The notes under the pieces: generated by a model | What the model saw: only the letters and a program-made list of their open reading frames with translations | Database searches by the model: none | Told to the model about the DNA's origin: nothing | Shown: piece after piece, positions 51,430-61,625 of the stretch | How positions within the stretch are numbered: the first letter of the stretch is position 1 | Layout: every line of letters begins with the position of its first letter | Assembly: GCA_964016885.1 (NCBI GenBank) | Contig: OZ024740.1 | Span: 5,084,001 to 5,148,000 of the forward strand | From: Eledone cirrhosa | Taxonomy: Eukaryota | Length of the DNA stretch: 64,000 bases | Direction: 5' to 3' | Position numbers and translations under genes: made by a program

Positions 51430-51605
51430 GGTAGAGGGTCGGACACCATGCTTTGCAGCAAAGAGTTACGGCCCTTTATGGTCTGAGTTCAAATCCCGAT
51501 GAGGTTAACTTTGCCTTTCATCCTTATGTGGTCGATAAAATAAAGTACCAGTAATACACTGGGATAATTGCTGGCCTTGTGCCAAAAGTAGAAACAATTA
51601 TTACT
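51430..51605 (+). mobile_element. tRNA-SINE (Meta-domain-like), 5'-clipped
   Basis: B-box gagttcaaatccc, gcctttcatcctt...gtcgataaaataaagtaccag, (ATT)n end. Confidence 0.82.
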
Positions 51606-51613
51606 ATATATAT

Positions 51614-51799
51614 AAACATCAATATTTAATATAGAAATGGCTTCTACAGGACTAGAACTGTTTCAGTCGTGTGAAATCAGATGTCATATGAATGAAACAG
51701 TTCTAGTCCGTAGAAGCCATTTCTACATTAAATGTTCATGTTTACACTCTACTAATGTATTGAGTACCTTATTTAATGTGGTTACCCTGATTTAACTCA

Positions 51800-51800
<1 letters not shown>
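51614..51800 (+). mobile_element. Penelope-like palindrome (51614-51743) with unpaired tail; related single arm at ~61060-61160
   Basis: atagaaatggcttctacaggactagaactgtttca pairs with tgaaacagttctagtccgtagaagccatttctac; GAAAC half-motif. Confidence 0.55.
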
Positions 51801-51835
<35 letters not shown>

Positions 51836-51836
51836 C

Positions 51837-51877
<41 letters not shown>

Positions 51878-51894
51878 ATCTATATCTATCTATC

Positions 51895-52701
51895 AGGAAG
51901 ACGAACTGGCCAGTCTGTTCGGTAGAACCTTCCGCCCGGGACCGATGGACAACTTCCAGAGGTCCCTGGCCTGGCAGTGCTTCCGAGGAGCTCTACCAGT
52001 TCGAGACAAGCTCTACAGACACGGGCGCCCGGGCAGGGACCCTTCGAAAAATATCTGTCCGAGATGCGTGCATGACGAGGAAACCGTCGCGCACGCATTT
52101 GTACACTGCCCGGGCGTTACCGACCTGTGGGGCTATGTAAAACGACTATTGTCGCGGGTGGGACCAATCCGGTTGACCACCGAGTCCATTGTCATGATCA
52201 AACCGCCACCCTTCTTCAAAAACAAAGGAGAGGTGGTTTTTCTTTGTGTGATAGCTATGGTGAAAGAGGTTGTATGGTGGACAAAGTTAAAAGGGCTGAG
52301 GTCACACCTTTCTCTCCGGCGAACAACTGATTCGTTTTTTCAAATACCACTTTGGAAGAAGAATCAGGATGGAGGAAGAGATGCTGTACCCCAGAAAATT
52401 TTATAAAGGGTGGGTGAATGTGGCAAAGATGGCCCGAGTGTTTGGTCCTTCTCTCTATATAAGCCTGTAGGTTGAGGAAAAAGTGAAAGAGAGGAAAGGG
52501 GTACTCACTCTTGGTGCTCCTGGAGATGAGGATTGTACATTTTTTCGGGCTGTGTACAACCCCTGTGTAACGCCTCCCCCTATTGGGGACTTCAATTGTT
52601 ATTTGTTATTTTATTAATACTTTTATTTTCATATACCTGTATGTAAACTCCCCATTTGTATTTGTCCCCTTCTTTTGTGCCCTTGTGGCTAATAAAGAAA
52701 T
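51895..52701 (+). mobile_element. 3' end of an L1/Tx1-like LINE (zf-RVT region and 3' UTR)
   Basis: LAWQCFRGALPVRDKL..CPRC..ETVAHAFVHC zinc-finger motif. AATAAA at 52691. Flanked by microsatellites. Confidence 0.8.
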
Positions 52702-52721
52702 TTATATATATATATATATAA

Positions 52722-53123
52722 ATATACACGGGTGTGTATGATTGTGTATAGAAGATTATATTAATAAAAGGAATTCCAACTTTGTCTGATTTATTCGTTT
52801 TATTTACAATCCTTTAAAATGTATAATGGCATTATAATGAAATAGTATAGTAGAATATTAAATGTTAAGTGTTAATTGAACAAGTACTTTCATGCTTTCG
52901 CAATCTTCAGGTTCATATTCAGTGGTGACAGTCAAGTTTGCAATAACTTGACTGTCACCACTGAATATGAACCTGAAGATTGCGAAAGCATGAAAGTACT
53001 TGTTCAATTAACACTTAACATTTAATATTCTACTATACTATTTCATTATAATATTATACATTTTAAAGGATTGTAAATAAAACGAATAAATCAGACAAAG
53101 TTGGAATTCCTTTTATTAATATA
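52722..53123 (-). mobile_element. Penelope-like inverted pLTR palindrome (arms ~52757-52938 and 52945-53123), same family as 631-1030
   Basis: ~180-bp arms, 6-nt loop, embedded in (TA)n. Confidence 0.72.
52968..53006 (+). ncRNA. Minimal type I hammerhead ribozyme motif (mirror copy at 52877-52915 on minus strand)
   Basis: tgaac-CTGAAGA-t tgc GAAA gca t-GAAA-gta-CTT-gttca. Palindromic stem III (AAGTACTT), CUU site, U.U at the base of stem II. Confidence 0.6.
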
Positions 53124-53167
53124 TATATATAACCCATGCTAACATGGGAGGTGGATGTTAACTGACA

Positions 53168-53372
53168 ATGAGAAATGAGATGATAGGGACCCTAGTCCCT
53201 ATCATTCCACTGCAAAGTGGACATGTAGGCGACACGGAAAAAAAGCACCCAACACTCACTGTAAATGAGGTTTGTGTTAGGAAGGGCATCCAGCTGTAGA
53301 AATCAAGCCAGAATCAGTTCCTGTCCCACCCTTGCACGCAGGGAAAAGTGGACGTAAAATGATGATGATGAT
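53168..53372 (+). mobile_element. 3' half of CORE-like SINE with RTE tail
   Basis: Matches 3845-4045. Confidence 0.8.
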
Positions 53373-54148
53373 ATATGTATACACATATATATAAGTACAT
53401 TTGCAATGATGATCATAATGACAATGTACAATGTAATAACATCATCATCATCACCATCATTATTATAATTGCTATTAGCATCAACATTACCATCATCATC
53501 TAATGGTACGAAAACTAGTAACAATTTATGAAATTAGAACAAAATAAACGACAGTGTACATATATAATTAATAATTATCAATTAAAATACACGTTAATTT
53601 AGTTACATTTTGAAAGAAATTACCATTTGAAAAAAAAAATTATATATATATATACACGTACATATATAAAATTTCAATAATGAAATTTATAGTAAATGTT
53701 TTACATAGATTTTAAAATGTTATTTAACTATCTTTATTATCTTGTGTTTTCCCCAATTTAACCCTCATTTGAAGTAAGTTATTGAATAATTTTGTTAATG
53801 GCAGAACTGTGTTCTTTTGATGGAAACATGGAATGTGTTTATAGAATTGAAGTTTGACAAATAACTCTGTCCTACATACTTTTAGAATCTCTCAGTTGTA
53901 CACATACATAGCAAAATACACACACACATATATGGATAGATGTAAACACAAATACACACACACACATATATGGATAGATGTAAACATGCATGTATGTATG
54001 TGCACATATGTGTGTATATACACACACACACATATATATATGGATAGATGTAAACATGCATGTATGTGCACATATGTGTGTATACACACACACACATATG
54101 TAAATTTGTTTTGCAAGATTTCTTATCTGAAAACGTGTGTTGAAACAG

Positions 54149-54453
54149 ATATTGTTATACTTTGGGAGGGTCATGTTACCAATAAAAACACATGCACCTG
54201 TTGGATTTCACTTCAATTTATTACAAATTTCCAGTTGGAAACAAGATGGTGTAGGACAGAACAAAGGAGACACATTATAACAAATCAGTCACTGAGGAGG
54301 TCACAGAATGTGTGACGAAAGAGCTTTGACAATATATATACAACCATCCGGTTATTGAACCAACCAACCAGATGTTTGTAATAAATTGAAATGAAAACCA
54401 ACAGATACGTGTGTTTTTATTGGTAGCATGACCCTCCCAAAGTAAAACAATAT
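54149..54453. mobile_element. Penelope-like inverted repeat (arms 54149-54229 and 54373-54453) enclosing a hammerhead motif
   Basis: 80-bp diverged inverted arms with a hammerhead core in the spacer. Confidence 0.6.
54288..54330 (+). ncRNA. Minimal type I hammerhead ribozyme motif
   Basis: gtca-CTGAGGA-g gtcac agaatgt gtgac-GAAA-gag-CTT-tgac. Confidence 0.6.
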
Positions 54454-54467
54454 AACTATATATATAT

Positions 54468-54670
54468 ATATGAAAAGATTCAGAACCCCAACAGCTGAGC
54501 TCCAGCTGTTTTGACAGCTAGATCCGAACAAGTTCAGATCTAGTTGTCGAAACAGCCAGAGCTCAGCCACCGGGGCCCTGAATCTTTTCATATTACCTAC
54601 TCTACTACCTTAAGTATCGAGTACTCTGGTGGGTTCTGGCCCACCTAGTTTTTTACCACACGGTATCTGA
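54468..54670 (+). mobile_element. Penelope-like palindrome (54468-54593) with unpaired tail
   Basis: atatgaaaagattcag...ctagatc pairs with gatctag...cgaaacagcc...ctgaatcttttcatat; between TA tracts. Confidence 0.55.
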
Positions 54671-54711
54671 TATATATATTTATATTCACCACCATTATTA
54701 TTATTATCAAA

Positions 54712-54911
54712 GGGAGGTGGATTGGCAGTGTCGGTAGAGGGTCGGACGCCATGCTTTGCAGCATACAGTTACCTCCCTTTATGATTTGAGTTCAAATCCC
54801 GCCGAGGTTAACTTTGCCTTTCATCCTTACGTGGTCGATAAAATAAAGTACCAGTAATGCACTGGGTAATTGCTGGCCTTGTGCCAAAAGTAGAGACAAT
54901 TATTATTATTA
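54712..54911 (+). mobile_element. Full-length tRNA-SINE (Meta-domain-like)
   Basis: A-box TGGCAGTGTCGG, B-box GTTCAAATCC, flanking direct repeat attattattatcaa. Confidence 0.88.
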
Positions 54912-55204
54912 TCAATGTTTAACGTCCATTCTAACTGTTAGCATATGTATATATATATATTTGTGGATGTGTATATGTATGCATGTATATATTGAATTTA
55001 TATATGTGTGTGTGTGTGTGTATGTATATATATATATAGACATACACACACATATATAAATACAAAAACTTACCAGTTCCCATATCACCCTATACACACA
55101 CATATTTCAACATAATCCCTAACTCTACAAACAGTTCCGTGTAAAGAATAATAATTTAAGTCTGTCTATGAATTTGCACCATTATTTCACTGCAAATTTC
55201 ACTA

Positions 55205-55395
55205 GGGCGGTGGATTGGCAGTATTGGTAGAGGGTCGGACTCCATGCTTTCCAGCATAGTTACGTCCCTTTACGATCTGAGTTCAAATCCCGCTGAGGTT
55301 GACTTTGCCTTTCATCCTTACGGGGTCGATAAAATAAAGTACCAATAATACACTGGGTAATTGCTGGCCTTGTGTCTAAAGTAGAAACAATTATT
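55205..55395 (+). mobile_element. Full-length tRNA-SINE (Meta-domain-like) with target-site duplication
   Basis: Same family; attatttcactgcaaa at 55181-55196 and 55390-55405. Confidence 0.88.
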
Positions 55396-55639
55396 TCACT
55401 GCAAAGATTAATAACTGTTCTCACATCTCCCTTATCATTCTCTGCTTTATCACATTTACCATTCCATCTCTTGAGAACAGGAACCAATCATAAGATTACA
55501 TCTCAATATTTAGCTGCACTTTTAAAATACATTAGTTAACCCTTTCGTTACCATATTTCTAATAAAAGGCACTAACTATGATTTTCAAACTAATTAAATA
55601 ATTAGAGGAATTTAGTAATATAATGTGGAAAGCTGTTGC

Positions 55640-55860
55640 TTGTCCCCGGTTTCCTTGGCATTAAGCAACTGAGAGTACAAGACTCTCCCTGGATACGTGA
55701 CCAGTCTATCTCAGAATTAACTCTCCAGTTACTGCTGGTACTCACTCTCAGCAGAATGTACTGTGAAATAAAGTGTTTTGCTCAAGAACACAGCAGCGTG
55801 TCCAGCAACTGAACTGATGACATTACAATTGTATGTCAAGAATCTTAACCATTAGGCCAT
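55640..55860 (-). mobile_element. Diverged CORE-like SINE
   Basis: gtgaaataaagtgttttgctcaagaacac...ttaaccattaggccatg resembles 61505-61610. Confidence 0.6.
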
Positions 55861-56010
55861 GATAAAGTACCTGTTAAATTCAATATAAATTTATCAACTC
55901 CAAATTGAGTACCAGTTCAAGATTGATGAATTGACAGAATTGTTAAAGAATCAGACAGGTGCCTTGTGGTATCTATTCCAGGTCTGTGTATTCTGAGTTC
56001 AAATCTCACC

Positions 56011-56213
56011 ATCTGTTACCAGAGAAATGGTGATAGATCTGTTACCAGAGAAATGGTGATAGATCTGTTACCAGAGAAATGGTGATACAACTATTACCAG
56101 AGAAATTGTGATACAACTGTTTCCAGAGAAATGGTGATACTTCTGTTACCAGAGAAATGGTGATACATCTGTTACCAGAGAAATGGTGATACATCTGTTA
56201 CCAGATAAATGGT
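56011..56213 (+). repeat. 26-bp minisatellite, ~7.8 copies (atctgttaccagagaaatggtgatac)
   Basis: Direct tandem units with period 26. Confidence 0.93.
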
Positions 56214-56225
56214 GGGTGGGGTGAG

Positions 56226-56755
56226 GTAGAGAACATGTGGTGCTACATGGTAGTGAAACATGGACTGTGGCTGTAGAGAACATGTGGTGCTACATGGTAG
56301 TGAAACATGGACTGTGACTGAAGAGAACACGTGGTGCTACATGGTAGTGAAACATGGACTGTGACTGCAGAGGACATATGGTGCTACATGGTAGTGAAAC
56401 ATGGACTGTGACTGTAGAGAACATGTGGTGCTACATGGTAGTGAAACATGGACTGTGACTGCAGAGAACATGTGGTGCTACATGGTAGTGAAACATGGAC
56501 TGTGACTGCAGAGGACATGTGGTGCTACATGGTAGTGACACGTGGACTGTGACTGCAGAGGACATGTGGTGCTACATGGTAGTGAAACATGGACTGTGAC
56601 TGTAGAGAACATGTGGTGTTACATGGTAGTGAAACATGGACTGTGACTGTAGAGAACATGTGGTGCTACATGGTAGTGAAACATGGACTGTGACTGTAGA
56701 GAACATGTGGTGCTACATGGTAGTGAAACATGGGCTGTGACTGTAAAGAACATGC
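56226..56755 (+). repeat. 47-bp minisatellite, ~11 copies, derived from RTE coding sequence
   Basis: Unit contains ctacatggtagtgaaacatgg (LHGSETW); the last unit reads through into an RTE fragment. Confidence 0.92.
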
Positions 56756-57156
56756 ATAGGTTACAGAGAAATGAAGCAACCATGTTTCTTTAGATGTACA
56801 ATGTAAATGTGAAAGAAAGGCAGAGCTTGGTTGAGTTGAAGGAGAAGCTGGGTTTAAGAGGAAGCTGGGATGGTGTACAGAAGAGAAGACTGCATTGGTA
56901 TGGAGACATGTGATGTACATGGACAATGACTGATGGGTGAAGAAATGCCAGGAAATCCCAAAGGAAGCCACAATAGAGGACGACCAAGAAAGAGCTGGGC
57001 AGAGGTTGTGAGAGCTGACCTCAAATAGCTAAGACTGGCAGAGGAGATCATGAAGGAATGTGACAAGTGGAGAGATGCCTTGCTAAGAAGGATCTGTCCA
57101 ACCCATGCTAGCATGGAAAAGCGGACGTAAAAACGATGATGATGATGATGATGATG
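56710..57156 (+). mobile_element. Degenerate RTE LINE 3' fragment
   Basis: LHGSETW..RNEA..RRLHWYG..RGRPRKSW remnants with stops; aacccatgctagcatggaaaagcggacgtaaaaac(GAT)n. Confidence 0.85.
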
Positions 57157-57599
57157 GTTGGCATGAATCAATTAAAAGTACAAAGCTCCCCTCTAAATAG
57201 GATGTCTGTTTCTCATGGAGTTAACACTCAAATGTTTCTAATCTCGACTACATTAACCATTAAACAGAATAAGTACATCCTTAGAGCATCAAGGGATGAG
57301 GGACTCCATTTTATTCAAAGACAGTATTATTACCAATACACAGTATTATTACCAATATTATCAAATAAAAAAAACACATCTTTTTATCTAATGATTTTTG
57401 GACCACTATTTTATTGAGAAAATATTAAAATGCAATTATTAAGCTAGGCTTTTTTTTAAATTGATATTTTGATAATCAATAAAAAAAAATATCAAAAGTG
57501 AGAATTTTTTTCTTTTTCATGTAAAATGTTTTATTCAACTTAAATGCTTTGTCATCACCCCCCCCCCACTCCCGAGAAAATGTTCAGACTTTATATATG

Positions 57600-57967
57600 A
57601 GGCGGCACAGTTCTCCAGCCACAACCTGGTGCAGTCTGCAACTAACCCAGGTTGTGCTGCACGTCAGGCTGAGGAGGCCAAACTCCTCAAATACCGGTCG
57701 CTCTCCGACAGGTTTGCGTGGTTGTACCCTTGGCAGTGGAGACTTCTGGTGTCCTTGGCTCTAGGGCTATCTTCCTCCTCACCACCATAGGTGCTGAGTT
57801 GGTCAGCCGCAGGTGTGAGTCTCACGAGTTGGAATGGCTTTTCCAGTGCATCTCCCTTGCCATCATCCAGGAAAACACCTTCTCTATTCTGTCTGCCAGA
57901 GCTGTGGGAAGGCCACCAATATGATTGACTGACTTGTCTATTTGTCAGTCAGATGTTCTAATGATTC
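57600..57967 (+). mobile_element. 3' fragment of an RLE-type non-LTR retrotransposon, CRE-clade-like
   Basis: PGCAARQAEEAKLLKYRSL, frameshift, then VVPLAVETSGVLG..EWLFQCISLAII resembles the restriction-like endonuclease C-terminus. Ends at (TA)n. Confidence 0.7.
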
Positions 57968-57997
57968 TATATATATATATATATATATGTTCATATA

Positions 57998-60696
57998 TGT
58001 GAGGACCAAAAACGTGAGGTGTTCAGGATTGCTAGACAATGTGTCAAGGAAAACCGTGATATTGTCGGGGAGAAGTGTGTACTTAATGATGATGGTGTAC
58101 TTGCCATCACTGACGCTGATAAGAAGGTAGCTTGGAAGTGTCACTACGAAAGGCTTCTAAATGAGGAGAATAAATGGGAGAAAGACAGTCTCCCCCACAT
58201 CGACCCAATAGAGGGACCAGCAGTGTTAGTCGAGGGTGGTATAATAAGTAAGGCAATCAAAGATATGAAGATGGGTAAGGCGGCTGGGCCTTCGGAAATA
58301 GTTGCTGAGATGCTGAAAGCCTCTGGAACGGTGGGACACAGCATGGTCACCCGGATAGTAAACCAAGTCATACAGAATGGGGTTGTTCCGAAGGACTGGC
58401 GTAGCAGCGTCATCATTAATTGTTACAAGGGTAAAGGAGATGCCCTAGATAGGAGTAACTATAGAGGCATTAAATTAATCGACTAGGTCATGAAGGTCAC
58501 GGAAAAAGTTATAGCGCAACTAATCAGAGAGAGAATTGATCTAGATGAAATGCAGTTCGGTTTTGTGTCAGGCAAAAGTACCACAGACGCTCTTTTCATT
58601 GTACGACAACTACAGGAGAAGTACCTAGCTAAAAGTAAACCCCTATACTTAGCTTTTGTTGACTTGGAGAAAGCCTTCGACAGAGTCCCCCGTTCCATTA
58701 TCTGGTGGGCTCTTAGAAAACTAGGTGTTGACGAATGGCTTGTGAGAGCTATACAAGCCATGTATAAAGAAACAGTCACCAAGGTTAGAATTAACAACGA
58801 ATATAGTGAAGAGTTTAGTGTAAAAGTTGGTGTACATCAGGGCTCTGTTCTTAGCCCCCTACTATTTATTATTGCCCTTCAGGCTATAACAGTGGAGTTC
58901 AAGACCGGCTTCCCGTGGGAACTCCTATACGCAGATGATTTAACGCTCATAGCTGAATCAATGGTCGAGCTAGAGAAGAAATTCCAAACATGGAAGCATG
59001 GCCTAGAATCAAAAGGGCTTAAAATTAACCTGGCTAAGACTAAAGTTCTAGTTTGTAGGAAAGAAAATAAGGCGACGGTCCCTTCCGGGAAATGGCCATG
59101 CTCAGTGTGTAGGAAAGGCGTAGGTAGAAACTCCATTTTATGTCCCAAATGCAAAGTATGGGTGCATAAAAGATGTAGTGGGATCACAGGTAAGCTAACT
59201 AAGAACATAGATTTTACATGTGGCCGGTGCTCTGGTGCAATAAGTAGCAGCAAGTGCCCACAATACTAGCTCTTTCAATTGCGCAGAGGGTTCTATAGAA
59301 ATAGTGGACAGCTTCCGTTACCTGGGTGACAAAATCAGCAGTGGGCGAGGGTGCTCTGAAAGTACAGTAGCTAGAGTCAGAACTGGATGGAAAAAGTTCA
59401 GAGAGCTTATACCATTATTAGCCACTAAAGGGTTCTCCCTAAAAATGAAAGGCAGGTTGTATGATGCCTGCATACGAACAGCAATGTTACATGGCAGTGA
59501 GACCTGGGAATTGTGTGCAGAGGATATACGCAGACTAGAGAGGAACGAAGCTTGCATGCTCCGCTGGATGTGTAATAGTAACATACGTGAACGGCAAAGC
59601 ATAAGCGAACTAAGGAAAAAATTAGAAATAAGAGGGATCAGATGTTGTTTACTCGAGAGAAGGCTACGCTGGTATGGTCACGTGATGCGCATGAAAGACG
59701 ACAGCTGTATAACAAAGTGCAGGGCAATAAAGATAGACGGTAGCTACAGAGTAGGCAGACCCAGAAAAACCTGGGACGAGCTGATAAATTCCGACCTCAC
59801 ACACTTACACCTCTCTAAGACAATGTCACTGGACCGAGACCTTTGGCGGTACTCAGTAATAGAGAAGACCCGCCTTACCTAAATACAAAGTAAAACCTAC
59901 TACAGTCAGTAGGCATCTCTAACAAAATACACCCCCGTCCCACCCACCCCCACATCATCCACACTGCCCCTTTCAATGTAAAGTTATGTTGGTGCCACAA
60001 CATCCAGGCCGAATCAAATGAGATCGTGTAGGTGTCACGACAAAAAAACACACAGTCCACGCTGTAATGTGGCCGTGTAGGCAACACGGTAAAAACCTCC
60101 CAGCCCCACACTGTAAATGTGGTTGTGTTAGGAAGGGCATCCAGCTGTAGAAAACCCGCCAGACAGTCCACGCTGTAATGTGGCCGTGTAGGCAACACGG
60201 TAAAAAATCCCAGCCCCACACTGTAAATGTGGTTGGTGTTAGGAAGGGCATCCAGCTGTAGAAAACCCGCCAGACAGTCCACGCTGTAATGTGGCCGTGT
60301 AGGCAACACGGTAAAAAATCCCAGCCCCACACTGTAAATGTGGTTGGTGTTAGGAAGGGCATCCAACTGTAGAAAACCCGCCAGACAGTCCACGCTGTAA
60401 TGTGGCCGTGTAGGCAACACGGTAAAAAATCCCAGCCCCACACTGTAAATGTGGTTGGTGTTAGGAAGGGCATCCAGCTGTAGAAAACCCGCCAGACAGT
60501 CCACGCTGTAATGTGGTCGTGTAGGCAACACGGTAAAAAATCACAGCCCCACACTGTAAATGTGGTTGGTGTTAGGAAGGGCATCCAGCTGTAGAAAACC
60601 CGCCAGACAGTCCTATGCGAGCAAGACAATCACTCTTGCCTCAAGTGGGAAAACCCCCGTCCAAACCCATGCAAGCGTGGAACACAGACGTTAAAC

Positions 60697-60727
<31 letters not shown>

Positions 60728-60732
60728 GTGGT
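57998..60732 (+). mobile_element. 5'-truncated RTE LINE with in-frame stops and an expanded 3' UTR
   Basis: ORF pieces 58019-58486, 58490-59269 and 59304-59882 are homologous to 1051-2469; (GAT)n tail. Confidence 0.93.
60054..60612 (+). repeat. 111-bp tandem repeat, 5 copies, inside the RTE 3' UTR
   Basis: Units start at ~60054, 60164, 60275, 60386 and 60497. Confidence 0.93.
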
Positions 60733-61161
60733 GATAACTGTTATTGCCTCATGATTGTGAGCTGAACATACTAACTTCTGGGGTACCTGTTTTAACAGAA
60801 CATTAAAACCACGTAGGTATTGGTCAATGCTCTAAGGATTCCATCACTAGAAATAATAAGAGTGAATTTATTGTCTAGACAGCAGCTTGTAGCTGTTCTC
60901 TAGATAGTAACTTAATCATTAGTTGTAGGAGATTAAGAGATTGATTAGACAAGATGCTGGTTGAATGGATGAGGTTTTTTTGAGAAGTGATAAATTGACG
61001 AGGATTTAGTTATTAGTGAGTATTGAACAGGAATGTGTCTTTATACAGATGTTTCTGTATCATGTTTAATATAGAAATGGCTTCTACAAGACTTGAACTG
61101 TTTCATTCAAAAGAAATCACCAGGAAAGCCTTACTAACTGTGGTTACCCCCTATTGAACCT

Positions 61162-61277
<116 letters not shown>

Positions 61278-61616
61278 CCATCATCATCATTTCATTTTAC
61301 GTCCACTTTTCCCTGCTTGAAAGGGTGGGACGGGAACTGATTCTGGCTTGATTTCTACAGCTGGATGCCCTTCCTAACACCAACCTCATTTACAGTAAGT
61401 GCTGGGTGCTTTTTGCCGTGGCACCTACACGACCACTTTGCAGTGGAATGATAGGGACCCCAGTCCCCATCATCTCATTTCTACAGCTGAGTAAACTGGA
61501 GCAAAGTGAAATAAAGTGTCTTGCTCAAGGAAATAACACATCACCCAGTCTGAGAATTGAACTCACAACCTTTCGATTGCAAGGCCAATGCTCTAACCAC
61601 TAAGCCATGTGCCTCC
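61278..61616 (-). mobile_element. Full-length tRNA/CORE-like SINE with RTE tail
   Basis: Reverse complement of 3722-4045, including the head ggaggcacatggcttagtggttagagc. Confidence 0.85.
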
Positions 61617-61625
61617 ATTTATATA

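Noticed and set aside
59875-60629. 218-aa repeat ORFs
   Set aside because: Antisense translation of the 111-bp 3' UTR repeat
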